A DNA stretch of 64,000 bases from a virus. The stretch is taken from positions 106,057-170,056 of IMG/VR virus record IMGVR_UViG_3300011113_000664; one strand, 5' to 3'. The notes under the pieces were generated by a model. The model did no database searches, was not told where the DNA came from, and saw nothing but the letters and a program-made list of their open reading frames with translations. This document shows, piece after piece, positions 51,526 through 60,044 of the stretch (position 1 is its first letter; each line of letters begins with the position of its first letter). The translations under genes and the position numbers were made by a program.

Positions 51526-52742
51526 AAGAATTATTTACACTAGGAGAACTATATGTTTCCGATTTTTTAAAAGATGGTGAATCTCCAAGAGGAGATAAAA
51601 CAGAAATGAAAATGATGTTAGAAGAAAATGGTGCTGTAAGACTTGAAAAAATAGCACCTCTTGATACCATGTATGGAAAATATTGGTATAGGTCTGGCAT
51701 TAATAATACAATGAAGGTAGAATTAAAAAATATTGTTGATTCTATAATGAGTGTTATTAAATTAAAAGAAAATGACCTTTGGATTGATATTGCATGTAAT
51801 GATGGTACAATGCTTAGTCAAATACCAAATTATTTAATAAAAGTCGGTATTGACCCTGTAGATGATACATATAAAGTAGAATCTGAAAAACACGCAAATC
51901 TAATCATACAAGATTATTTTAGTTCTGATGTTTTTAAAAAATCAAAGTTTGGTAAATTAAAAGCAAAAGTTGTAACATCAATTGCAATGTTTTATGATTT
52001 AGAAGAACCAAAAAAATTCATAAATGATATTAAAGAAGTATTAGATGATAATGGTATTTGGGTTTTACAATTATCATACACACCACTAATGATTAAACAA
52101 ATGGCATTCGATAATATATGCCATGAACATGTTTATTACTATTCACTTTTTAATATTAAAAATATATTTAAAGAATGTGGTATTGATATTGTTGATGTAC
52201 AATTAAATGATATAAATGGAGGTTCTTTCAGGATTTATTGTATGAAAGAAATAGCCGATAAAACAAAATTTAGTACACAACCATACAGAGATGTATGTAA
52301 TTTTAGAATAAATTCACTATTAGAATATGAAAAAACTCTAAATTTAGATAAAGAAAAAACATGGGTTGATTTTTATAATAATATAAATCAACTAAAAGAA
52401 AAAACAGTTTCTTTTATAAAAGAAGAGAAGGCTAAAGGTAAAAAAATATGGGGGTATGGTGCATCAACAAAAGGAAATACATTACTCCAATATTTTGGTC
52501 TTGACAATACATTAATTGATGGTATTGCTGAAAGAAGCATCTATAAATTTGGATTAAAAACCGTAGGTACTGAAATACCAATTTGTTCTGAGGATGAAAT
52601 GCGTAAAGCAAATCCCGATTATTTATTAGTATTACCTTGGCATTTTATTAATGAATTTATAGAAAGAGAAAATGAGTTTTTAGATAATGGCGGTAAATTT
52701 ATAGTACCATGTCCAAAATTTGAAATAATTGGAAAAAAATAA
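51522..52742 (+). CDS. NDP-sugar C-methyltransferase (NovU/TcaB9-like)
   Basis: 'YWYRSG', 'DIACNDGT', 'FDNICHEH', 'NGGSFR', 'GYGASTKGN', 'PDYLLVLPWHF', 'GGKFIVP.P'. Confidence 0.85.
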   Translation: MKELFTLGELYVSDFLKDGESPRGDKTEMKMMLEENGAVRLEKIAPLDTMYGKYWYRSGINNTMKVELKNIVDSIMSVIKLKENDLWIDIACNDGTMLSQIPNYLIKVGIDPVDDTYKVESEKHANLIIQDYFSSDVFKKSKFGKLKAKVVTSIAMFYDLEEPKKFINDIKEVLDDNGIWVLQLSYTPLMIKQMAFDNICHEHVYYYSLFNIKNIFKECGIDIVDVQLNDINGGSFRIYCMKEIADKTKFSTQPYRDVCNFRINSLLEYEKTLNLDKEKTWVDFYNNINQLKEKTVSFIKEEKAKGKKIWGYGASTKGNTLLQYFGLDNTLIDGIAERSIYKFGLKTVGTEIPICSEDEMRKANPDYLLVLPWHFINEFIERENEFLDNGGKFIVPCPKFEIIGKK

Positions 52743-52756
52743 ATATATTTATTGAT

Positions 52757-53425
52757 ATGGTATTTTATTCACAGGCTAATCAAGATAAATGGGTTTATAA
52801 TGTACTATCACATAAAAAAAATGGATTCTATGTTGATATAGGTGCGTATGATGGTATACAGACAAGTAATACATATATTTTTGAAAAAGATTTAAATTGG
52901 AAAGGTATTTGCATTGAACCAAATGCAGATGCGTATCAAAATTTAATTAAAAATAGAACTTCAAAAAATATTATGTGCGCTTTATCTGATTATGATGGGT
53001 TTTGTAATTTTTTAGGTGATAAAATAATTGATAAAAACAATTCAAATACACCATGCTATACACTAGAAACACTTTTGACACAAAATTCAGCTCCAAAAGA
53101 AATTGATTATATATCAGTAGATGTTGAAGGGCATGAATATGATATACTTAAAGATTTTGATTTTAATAAATGGAATGTAAAACTTATGACAATTGAACAT
53201 AATTTTTACATTGAGGGTTCAATCTATAAAGATAAAATATATGATTTAATGACAAAAAATAATTTTCTTAGAATAGTTGAGGATGCGGTTTGTTTAGATA
53301 GTAATCCTGCTTATTTTAATAAAATTTACGAGGATTGGTATATAAATAAAGAATTTTATGATTCTTTGAATAATGAAATTAAATTTAAAATATCAACTCA
53401 ACCAAAAGACAAAACTTTATATTAA
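52757..53425 (+). CDS. FkbM-family methyltransferase
   Basis: 'SQ..QD', 'VDIGAYDG...SNT', 'IEPN', 'IDYISVDVEGHE'. Confidence 0.85.
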   Translation: MVFYSQANQDKWVYNVLSHKKNGFYVDIGAYDGIQTSNTYIFEKDLNWKGICIEPNADAYQNLIKNRTSKNIMCALSDYDGFCNFLGDKIIDKNNSNTPCYTLETLLTQNSAPKEIDYISVDVEGHEYDILKDFDFNKWNVKLMTIEHNFYIEGSIYKDKIYDLMTKNNFLRIVEDAVCLDSNPAYFNKIYEDWYINKEFYDSLNNEIKFKISTQPKDKTLY

Positions 53426-53676
53426 TGGAAACAATAGGTAATTTAATTGATAAACTTTCAGTAGTCAATATTAGAATATGGATGGCTGAAGATATTAAAA
53501 GAAATAAAGAAGCATCTGATAAAGAAATTGCAGATGCAACTAGAATTACAAATGTTGCTAATTCACAAAGAAATGATTTAATACAGGAAATAGATGAAAA
53601 ATTAAATCATATGGCAAAGACAGGTGAATTACAAAAATTATATAAACAAGGCTCAAATAAAATGTATGGAAAATAA
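53425..53676 (+). CDS. DUF4254-like small helical protein
   Basis: 'ETIGNLIDKLS..NIRIW..ED', 'NSQRNDLIQEID'. Confidence 0.6.
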   Translation: METIGNLIDKLSVVNIRIWMAEDIKRNKEASDKEIADATRITNVANSQRNDLIQEIDEKLNHMAKTGELQKLYKQGSNKMYGK

Positions 53677-54460
53677 TTTAGTAATAGGCAACACATCACA
53701 ACTATCATACTATTTTCCACAAAATTATACAAAAATTTCATCAAGAAGTATTGATGAAAATATTTTCAATAAAAATTGGGATTCGATATATATAACATTT
53801 GCTAAACAAAATGTTTTTGATACTACGGATTCAAATTTTGTTGATATTAATACATATTATACACTAGATTTAATTAATAAACTCCTAGATTTATCTAATA
53901 AAATAGTTGTTTATACGAGTTGTGAAATGTTTAATAATCATTATGGACCAATTAGTATTGATACATTACCATCTTTTATACCTAAGAGTAATATAAACTA
54001 CACAAATTATATTCTTTCTAAATTTTTATTGACACAGTATATAAAAGAAAATAGAAAGAAGGATAAAAGATGGGAAAAAGTAATTATCATTCATCCATTC
54101 AATTTTGAATCAATTTATAAAAATAAATATTTTTTATTTGGTAAAATAACTAATTCAATAGTTAATAAAGAGATTATTGAAGTTGGTAATGTAAATTTTT
54201 ATAGAGATATTCTTCACGCATCAAGAATGGTTGAAGAATCAATAAAATCAGAAACTGATTTGGTAATTGGTTCTGGAAAATTATTAAATTTAAAATTTAT
54301 AATAAAAGAAATATATTCGTATTTTAATATGGATTATAATTATTTTGTTAAAGAATCCATAGGTAATAATAATAAAGTAAATTTTTATTATTCTTCTAAA
54401 GTATTAGAATATAATTTTATAGAAGATATGATTTTAGATATAAAAAAATTAATTAAATGA
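53666..54460 (+). CDS. Degenerate extended-SDR (NAD-dependent epimerase/reductase-like)
   Basis: 'LVIGNTSQL', YxxxK 'YILSK', 'RDILH', 'IGSG'. Start at ATG 53666. Confidence 0.6.
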   Translation: MENNLVIGNTSQLSYYFPQNYTKISSRSIDENIFNKNWDSIYITFAKQNVFDTTDSNFVDINTYYTLDLINKLLDLSNKIVVYTSCEMFNNHYGPISIDTLPSFIPKSNINYTNYILSKFLLTQYIKENRKKDKRWEKVIIIHPFNFESIYKNKYFLFGKITNSIVNKEIIEVGNVNFYRDILHASRMVEESIKSETDLVIGSGKLLNLKFIIKEIYSYFNMDYNYFVKESIGNNNKVNFYYSSKVLEYNFIEDMILDIKKLIK

Positions 54461-55425
54461 AAAAAGCACTTATAACAGGTATTAATGGACAAGATGGGTC
54501 ATATTTAGCAGAATTTCTTTTAGAAAAGGGATATGAAGTTCATGGTACACTAAAAAGAAATTCCGTTTCTGAAAATCAGACATCAAGATTAAATTCTGTA
54601 TATGATAAATTAATTTTACATTATGCTGATATGACTGATTTAGCATCACTTATTACAGTAATTAATAAAATTAAACCTGATGAGGTTTATAATTTAGCAG
54701 CACAATCACATGTTAGAATTAGTTTTGACCAACCAATTTATACGGCAAATGTTACAGGTGTTGGTACATTAAATTTATTAGAAGCGGTTAAAAATATTAA
54801 TCCCGATATAAAAATTTATCAAGCATCCTCATCCGAAATGTTTGGAAATTCAATTGATGATGATGGGTTTCAAAGAGAAACCACTTGCATGAATCCAGTA
54901 TCGCCATATGGTTGTGCTAAAGTTTTTTCATATAATATTACTAGGAATTATAGAAATTCTTACGGAATGAAAATTTGGAATGGAATCCTTTTCAATCATG
55001 AATCACCAAGGAGAGGTACTAATTTTGTAACAAATAAAGTTGCAAAAGCAGCAGTTAGAATTAAACTAGGGCTTCAAGATAAACTTTATTTAGGTAATTT
55101 AGAAGCAACAAGAGATTGGGGTCATGCCAAAGATTATGTTGCAGCAATGTGGTTAATGCTTCAATCTGAAAAACCCGATGATTATGTTTGTGCAACAGGG
55201 ATATCACACTCTGTAAGAGAACTTTGTGAGTATGTTTTTTCAAAACTTGGTTTAGATTACAAAGATTTTGTTTTACAAGATTCAAAACATTTAAGACCGG
55301 AAGAATTAAATCAACTTAAGGGTGACCCAAGTAAACTTGTAAATAAATTAGGGTGGAAACATGAATATACTTTTGAATCCATGCTTGATGAAATGATTGA
55401 TTATTGGTTGAATTTTTATTCATAA
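54457..55425 (+). CDS. gmd: GDP-mannose 4,6-dehydratase
   Basis: 'ALITGINGQDGSYLAEFLLEKGYEV', 'YNLAAQSHV', 'YQASSSE', 'SPYGCAK', 'GILFNHESPRRG', 'RDWGHAKDY'. Confidence 0.95.
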   Translation: MKKALITGINGQDGSYLAEFLLEKGYEVHGTLKRNSVSENQTSRLNSVYDKLILHYADMTDLASLITVINKIKPDEVYNLAAQSHVRISFDQPIYTANVTGVGTLNLLEAVKNINPDIKIYQASSSEMFGNSIDDDGFQRETTCMNPVSPYGCAKVFSYNITRNYRNSYGMKIWNGILFNHESPRRGTNFVTNKVAKAAVRIKLGLQDKLYLGNLEATRDWGHAKDYVAAMWLMLQSEKPDDYVCATGISHSVRELCEYVFSKLGLDYKDFVLQDSKHLRPEELNQLKGDPSKLVNKLGWKHEYTFESMLDEMIDYWLNFYS

Positions 55426-55439
55426 ATATTTTATATTTG
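55424..55439 (+). promoter_or_regulatory. Promoter-like element AAATATTTTATATTTG (copy 1)
   Basis: Contains TAnnTTTG, lies 4 nt before ATG 55444, and is identical to 61138..61153. Confidence 0.55.
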
Positions 55440-55443
55440 AAGT

Positions 55444-56781
55444 ATGATTGATAAAATTGCACATCTCGCTGATGTCCATTTCCAAAATAATTTGGATAGA
55501 TTAGCAGAACAAAAACATATTTCAAATCTGACAATTGAATCACTTAAAAAAGATAACCCTGATTTAATTGTAATTGCAGGAGACTTATTTCATAATTATG
55601 TAAAACCATTCAATGAAATCAATGTTATTGCAGGTGATTTCTTAAATTCTTGTGCTATGATAGCACCTGTTGTGATTATTGATGGTAATCACGATATAAT
55701 GAAATCAAATCTCAATAGAATGTCATCTATTAAGATGCTTGTTGAGATTATTAACAATCCTAATATACACTACTATGACTCAACAGGTTTTTTTGAACTT
55801 GATAATATTGTTTTCGCTACTTGGTATCACCCTGATAGAAAATCCCCTTGGCTTGAATTCAATGAAGAAGAGCGCAATAATAATAAGTATTATATTGACC
55901 TTTTCCATGACCCAATTAATGGATGCTATCTCCAAAATGGACAGCTTCATACCGATAGCAATCTTGTTTCTCTTGCTGATTTTAAAGGTGATATTGTAAT
56001 GGCAGGAGATATACATCTCCAACAATCATATCAAAAAAATGGAAAAGAGTTTTTTGCTTACCCATCGTCATTATATTGTACCAATTATGGCGAAGGTGAT
56101 AATGCTTTTCATGGTTATCTTTTATGGGATATTAAAACAAAGACTTTTGAAAAGAAAGAAATAATATCAGATTATAAATACTTTAATATTTATATAAATG
56201 AAGATTATGATTATGAAAATCTTAATATTGAACTTGAAAATGTTGGAAAATATAATCATCTTAAAATTCATTGGATGGACCAATACTCAACATTTACCAA
56301 TGAGAATAAACAAAAGATAAAAAAGTATTTAGAGTCTAACTATGGTGAATTTGTCACCATTAAATTTGACAAATCAAAGATTTTAAATAAATCTTTAAAG
56401 ATTAAAGAATTTGATGAAACCATTGATTTAAATAATGATGATAGTGTAAGACAAGAATTTATAAATTTTTTGAAAGCTAAAAATCATCAAGAAGATTTTA
56501 TAAAAGATGTTTTAGCACTTGATAATGAAATATCATCTTTAATTGAAAAGGATGTAGAGAATCAATTCTATGATTGGAAAGTAAAAAAGATTGTTCTTGA
56601 TAACTTTAAATCACATGGTGAAAGATATGAACTTGATTTAACAGATAAGAATGGAATTATTCAAATCTATGGAGAAAATCAAGTTGGAAAATGTGTTCAT
56701 CCTGAAACAAAAATCAACATTAGATTCAATAAAGAAGAAATAATTGCAAAACTTGGATATTTACCTGAATTTTTAAAATAA
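55444..56781 (+). CDS. sbcD: SbcD/Mre11 (gp47-like) nuclease fused to the N-terminus of SbcC/Rad50 and a split-intein N-fragment
   Basis: 'HLADVH', 'IAGDLFH', 'GNHD', 'GDIH', 'YPSS..YGE', then SbcC start 'WKVKKIVLDNFKSHG...IIQIYGENQVGK', then IntN 'CVHPETKINIRF...'. Confidence 0.9.
   Translation: MIDKIAHLADVHFQNNLDRLAEQKHISNLTIESLKKDNPDLIVIAGDLFHNYVKPFNEINVIAGDFLNSCAMIAPVVIIDGNHDIMKSNLNRMSSIKMLVEIINNPNIHYYDSTGFFELDNIVFATWYHPDRKSPWLEFNEEERNNNKYYIDLFHDPINGCYLQNGQLHTDSNLVSLADFKGDIVMAGDIHLQQSYQKNGKEFFAYPSSLYCTNYGEGDNAFHGYLLWDIKTKTFEKKEIISDYKYFNIYINEDYDYENLNIELENVGKYNHLKIHWMDQYSTFTNENKQKIKKYLESNYGEFVTIKFDKSKILNKSLKIKEFDETIDLNNDDSVRQEFINFLKAKNHQEDFIKDVLALDNEISSLIEKDVENQFYDWKVKKIVLDNFKSHGERYELDLTDKNGIIQIYGENQVGKCVHPETKINIRFNKEEIIAKLGYLPEFLK
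56692..56778 (+). mobile_element. Split intein N-fragment (IntN, 29 aa)
   Basis: Block A-like CVHPETKINIRF starts with Cys immediately after the Walker A Lys; the ORF stops 29 aa later. Confidence 0.85.
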
Positions 56782-57887
56782 TGGACAAAACCGTATTACT
56801 TACAATCATTTTTGGTGGCGCATTAGTTTACTTCAAACAATTCTTTATTTTTGTTTTAACAACTTTAAGAGATAGTGTTATCTGTTCAATGAAAATTGAA
56901 GAAAGTTCTTTTTTCTTTTATTCCTTTCAAAACTTTATTTTAACCGAAAAACAGAACTCAGTTAAAAATCTTTATTATAGAACATTTTTCGATGGTTGGA
57001 TTGCAGGAGAAGATAATGCTAATGTAAATATGTTTTATAACTCAGGATTTGTTTACATCAAATTTAAAGGTAATAGATTCTTAGTTTTAAAAAATGCTGA
57101 AAACATTCAAAATAGTATCACACCCTATAAAAATAGTAAACATATGTTTATGATTTTTTGTAGAAATAAGTCTGTTTTAAAAGAATTATTAGATTATGTC
57201 GATGTAACATATGGTAATAAATACATAAAATACTTTTATAATTTTAATGGTGAAATAAAATGTGCAGGTAGAGTAATAAATAAAACTTTTGATAATATTT
57301 ATCTTGATAATAATATATCTGAGTTTCTTAAAAATGATTTAGATAGATTTAACTCAACAAAAGAAAAGTATGATAAGTATGGAATTAGATATAAACGAAC
57401 ATATCTTTTTTATGGTCCTCCAGGAACAGGTAAATCATCACTGTCTTTAGGTATATCTAATTATACTAAAAGAGATATATTATCAATTAACTTATCTAAA
57501 GATATGACAGATGCAAATCTTATTGCTTTGATTTCTGATAGACCAAAAAAATCAATTGTTTTATTTGAAGATATTGATTGTTTATTGGAGGATATTAATA
57601 GAAAAAAAGAAGAAAAGAAAGAATCTGAAATTAAAATTTCACTTTCTTGTATTTTAAACGTATTAGATGGTATATATACACCTAATGATGTTATATTCAT
57701 AATAACCACTAATGAACTTGATAAAATTGATGATGCTATTAAAAGAAAAGGTAGAACCGATGTTTTAATGGAGATTAAAAAACCAAGTGAAAATTTAATT
57801 GAAGACTTAAAAATAAAATTTAATATAGATAACAATAAAACTTTTGATAATATATCAGAACTCCACGAAGAATTACTAAATTTATGA
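56781..57887 (+). CDS. BCS1-like AAA+ ATPase with an N-terminal membrane anchor
   Basis: N-terminal hydrophobic helix, 'GIRYKRTYLFYGPPGTGKSS', 'VLFEDID', 'LNVLDG', 'TTN', 'R.GR.D'. Confidence 0.85.
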   Translation: MDKTVLLTIIFGGALVYFKQFFIFVLTTLRDSVICSMKIEESSFFFYSFQNFILTEKQNSVKNLYYRTFFDGWIAGEDNANVNMFYNSGFVYIKFKGNRFLVLKNAENIQNSITPYKNSKHMFMIFCRNKSVLKELLDYVDVTYGNKYIKYFYNFNGEIKCAGRVINKTFDNIYLDNNISEFLKNDLDRFNSTKEKYDKYGIRYKRTYLFYGPPGTGKSSLSLGISNYTKRDILSINLSKDMTDANLIALISDRPKKSIVLFEDIDCLLEDINRKKEEKKESEIKISLSCILNVLDGIYTPNDVIFIITTNELDKIDDAIKRKGRTDVLMEIKKPSENLIEDLKIKFNIDNNKTFDNISELHEELLNL

Positions 57888-58126
57888 CAACAAACATAAC
57901 AAACGAAAACGGACTCATTAAAGCAACCTATGATTCATCCAACATTGCATCATCAACCTATGATACCACAAACTATACATTACATATTACATTTGTAAAA
58001 GGAAACTTAGTGTATAAGTATGATAATGTAAATCCTGAAGATTACAATCAACTACAAAGTGCTGAATCCACAGGAAAAGCATTCATTGACTCTATTAAAA
58101 ATAAATATACAGGAGAAAAAGTTTAA
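57884..58126 (+). CDS. KTSC domain protein
   Basis: 'SSNIASSTYD....LHITF..G.VYKY.NV....Y..L..AESTGKAF...IK'. Confidence 0.85.
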   Translation: MTTNITNENGLIKATYDSSNIASSTYDTTNYTLHITFVKGNLVYKYDNVNPEDYNQLQSAESTGKAFIDSIKNKYTGEKV

Positions 58127-58425
58127 AAACTTTTGCTCACCTCTATTCTATCTCTTATAGCATTTATAAGATATTGCTTTGGCATTGGTACTCTTATAAT
58201 ATTTCCAACCTCAATATCACCTTCAGACAAATATTGAGGATTTGCAAGCAATATAAATCTACCAAATGCAGCATTATTATAATAAGTGTATGCTAACCTA
58301 TCTAAGCGATTACCAACATTCCATTCAACATAAACATCATTTGGTGATTCTTGTATTTTAAAGAACGGTAATGGTGCAAACGTGTTATCTGTTATGAAAT
58401 CGGAGTAAATATTAAATTCATCCAT
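58123..58425 (-). CDS. LysM-like baseplate protein (gp53 / tail X-like)
   Basis: 'RLDRLAYTYYNNA..GRFILLANP...I.VG..IRVP'. Confidence 0.75.
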   Translation of the reverse strand: MDEFNIYSDFITDNTFAPLPFFKIQESPNDVYVEWNVGNRLDRLAYTYYNNAAFGRFILLANPQYLSEGDIEVGNIIRVPMPKQYLINAIRDRIEVSKSF

Positions 58426-58440
58426 TATAATCTATTTACT

Positions 58441-59238
58441 TTAAATAGATAAATAATCATCCTTTAATTTTTTATAAACCAATTTAAAAGATTTAAGAGA
58501 TTTTTTAATATCCTGTTTTTTATATTTGTTATTTGTGATTTCACAAATCATATCAATAACCCTATTATTGATAAAGAATAAACTCATTTTTGATTCGGTT
58601 GGTTCATTAATGTATTTAAAATTTTCAATGATTGAAATTAATGAATAACCAACATTAACATCAATTTCTTTTAAAGTTTTGTCTGATTCTATTTTGTTTT
58701 TAATTTCAGTACATAGACCAAAAAATACGATTTTTATATAATTATTATCACTATCTTCATCAAGATTTTCATTTATCTGATAAGATAAGGATAAATCCCT
58801 TTCAAATAAATCTATATTTTCCACAACATCATCACTACTTTTATCTTGATTAAAGTTTCTTTCTGAAATATGTTTTGCTTCATTTTTACAAATTGTAGAG
58901 AAGTAGGAAAATGCCTTTGATTTAACACCCTTTTTATTAATCTTTTCAGGATTAAACATGTGAAGATTATTGAAGGCAAAAATCAAAAGGTCATTTTCCA
59001 TATCCTCTATTGTGTAACGCTTTGAAAAATAAAGAAAATAGGATTTAGCAGTAAAATAAGCAAGTTTTTTAAGAGCCTTATGGATTTCCTTTTCATAAAT
59101 TTGATTTTTTTCATCCAATGAGTAGTCAGGGCTATTATATCTAATAATAGCCTTTTCTGTTGCATCGGTAAAATATTCCTTTACAGACCCCGGCTTTGCT
59201 TTCCTGCCTCGCCTACCTTTTTTTACTTCCTCAGACAT
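58441..59238 (-). CDS. Phage sigma factor (T4 gp55-like late sigma, putative)
   Basis: 'YFTDATEKAIIRYN', 'FNPEK....SKAFSYFSTICKN' resemble sigma region 2 of gp55-like proteins. Confidence 0.6.
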   Translation of the reverse strand: MSEEVKKGRRGRKAKPGSVKEYFTDATEKAIIRYNSPDYSLDEKNQIYEKEIHKALKKLAYFTAKSYFLYFSKRYTIEDMENDLLIFAFNNLHMFNPEKINKKGVKSKAFSYFSTICKNEAKHISERNFNQDKSSDDVVENIDLFERDLSLSYQINENLDEDSDNNYIKIVFFGLCTEIKNKIESDKTLKEIDVNVGYSLISIIENFKYINEPTESKMSLFFINNRVIDMICEITNNKYKKQDIKKSLKSFKLVYKKLKDDYLSI

Positions 59239-59240
59239 TA

Positions 59241-60044
59241 TTAAATAATCGGTGCTTCTTGCTTCTTTGCATATGCTTTATTTCTATCATGAGGCCAAAC
59301 ATATTCTTTTTTAGCAAGATTCCACCAAAAAGTAACCTCATCTGCTTCCATCTTTGTTTGTTCATTTAAGTAAGAATTTTCTCTACCGAATTTTCTTAAA
59401 TAACCAATTTTAGGAATGGTATAGGTAATACCATCAATATTGGTAAATCGCATCAAAAATTCATAAACAAAACTAAGTTTGATGGATGGTTTTAAAGCAC
59501 CCGATTCTTCAAATTTTTCTTTTCTAATTGCTGCACCGCTAATTGAAACAAGATTATAATTCATCAATGTTTCCATAGTCAAATAACCATGTCTATCATT
59601 TGTTAAATCCTTTGCCCAATTAACTTCATTGATATAACGATGAATCTTTTTATCTAATGTGGTATCCGCAATAATTGGAAGAAACATATCCACATTTGAC
59701 ATTTCTTCCATATGATTTGAAAGATTTTCAAAATAGAACGGAGTTAATTCATCATCAAAATCCAAAACCATAAAGAATGAAGTCTTAACTTCTTCTACAG
59801 CTTTATTAATTTGAGATTGGATATTATCAGATGATTCATCATTAATAACAAATCTTACCTTTCTTTCAGTTTTAATTTCTTTTTTAGTTTCTGTCGTTGT
59901 AACAATTACTACCTCTTTAGGTGCATAACCATTTTTTTGATTAAAGACAGATTCTAATGCTTCTGAAAATAATTGTGTTTCCGCTTCATTTTCAAATTTA
60001 TGAATTGGAATAATTACGGTTAAATCTAAAATATTATTTTTCAT
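59241..60044 (-). CDS. Glycosyltransferase family 2
   Basis: 'LTVIIPIH', 'ALESV..Q', 'VLDFDDE'. Confidence 0.75.
   Translation of the reverse strand: MKNNILDLTVIIPIHKFENEAETQLFSEALESVFNQKNGYAPKEVVIVTTTETKKEIKTERKVRFVINDESSDNIQSQINKAVEEVKTSFFMVLDFDDELTPFYFENLSNHMEEMSNVDMFLPIIADTTLDKKIHRYINEVNWAKDLTNDRHGYLTMETLMNYNLVSISGAAIRKEKFEESGALKPSIKLSFVYEFLMRFTNIDGITYTIPKIGYLRKFGRENSYLNEQTKMEADEVTFWWNLAKKEYVWPHDRNKAYAKKQEAPII

Noticed and set aside
55444-56781. Reading the SbcD ORF end as a truncated sbcC pseudogene or frameshift
   Set aside because: The break falls exactly between Walker A Lys and Ser, with intein motifs on both sides and both ORFs intact; a split intein explains this better.
3706-57835. 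Numerous 60-170 aa ORFs nested in or antisense to long genes (e.g. 3706, 7009, 7590, 14534, 22205, 32613, 36768, 57461)
   Set aside because: They overlap well-supported genes, have no motifs, and have compositions typical of off-frame translation.
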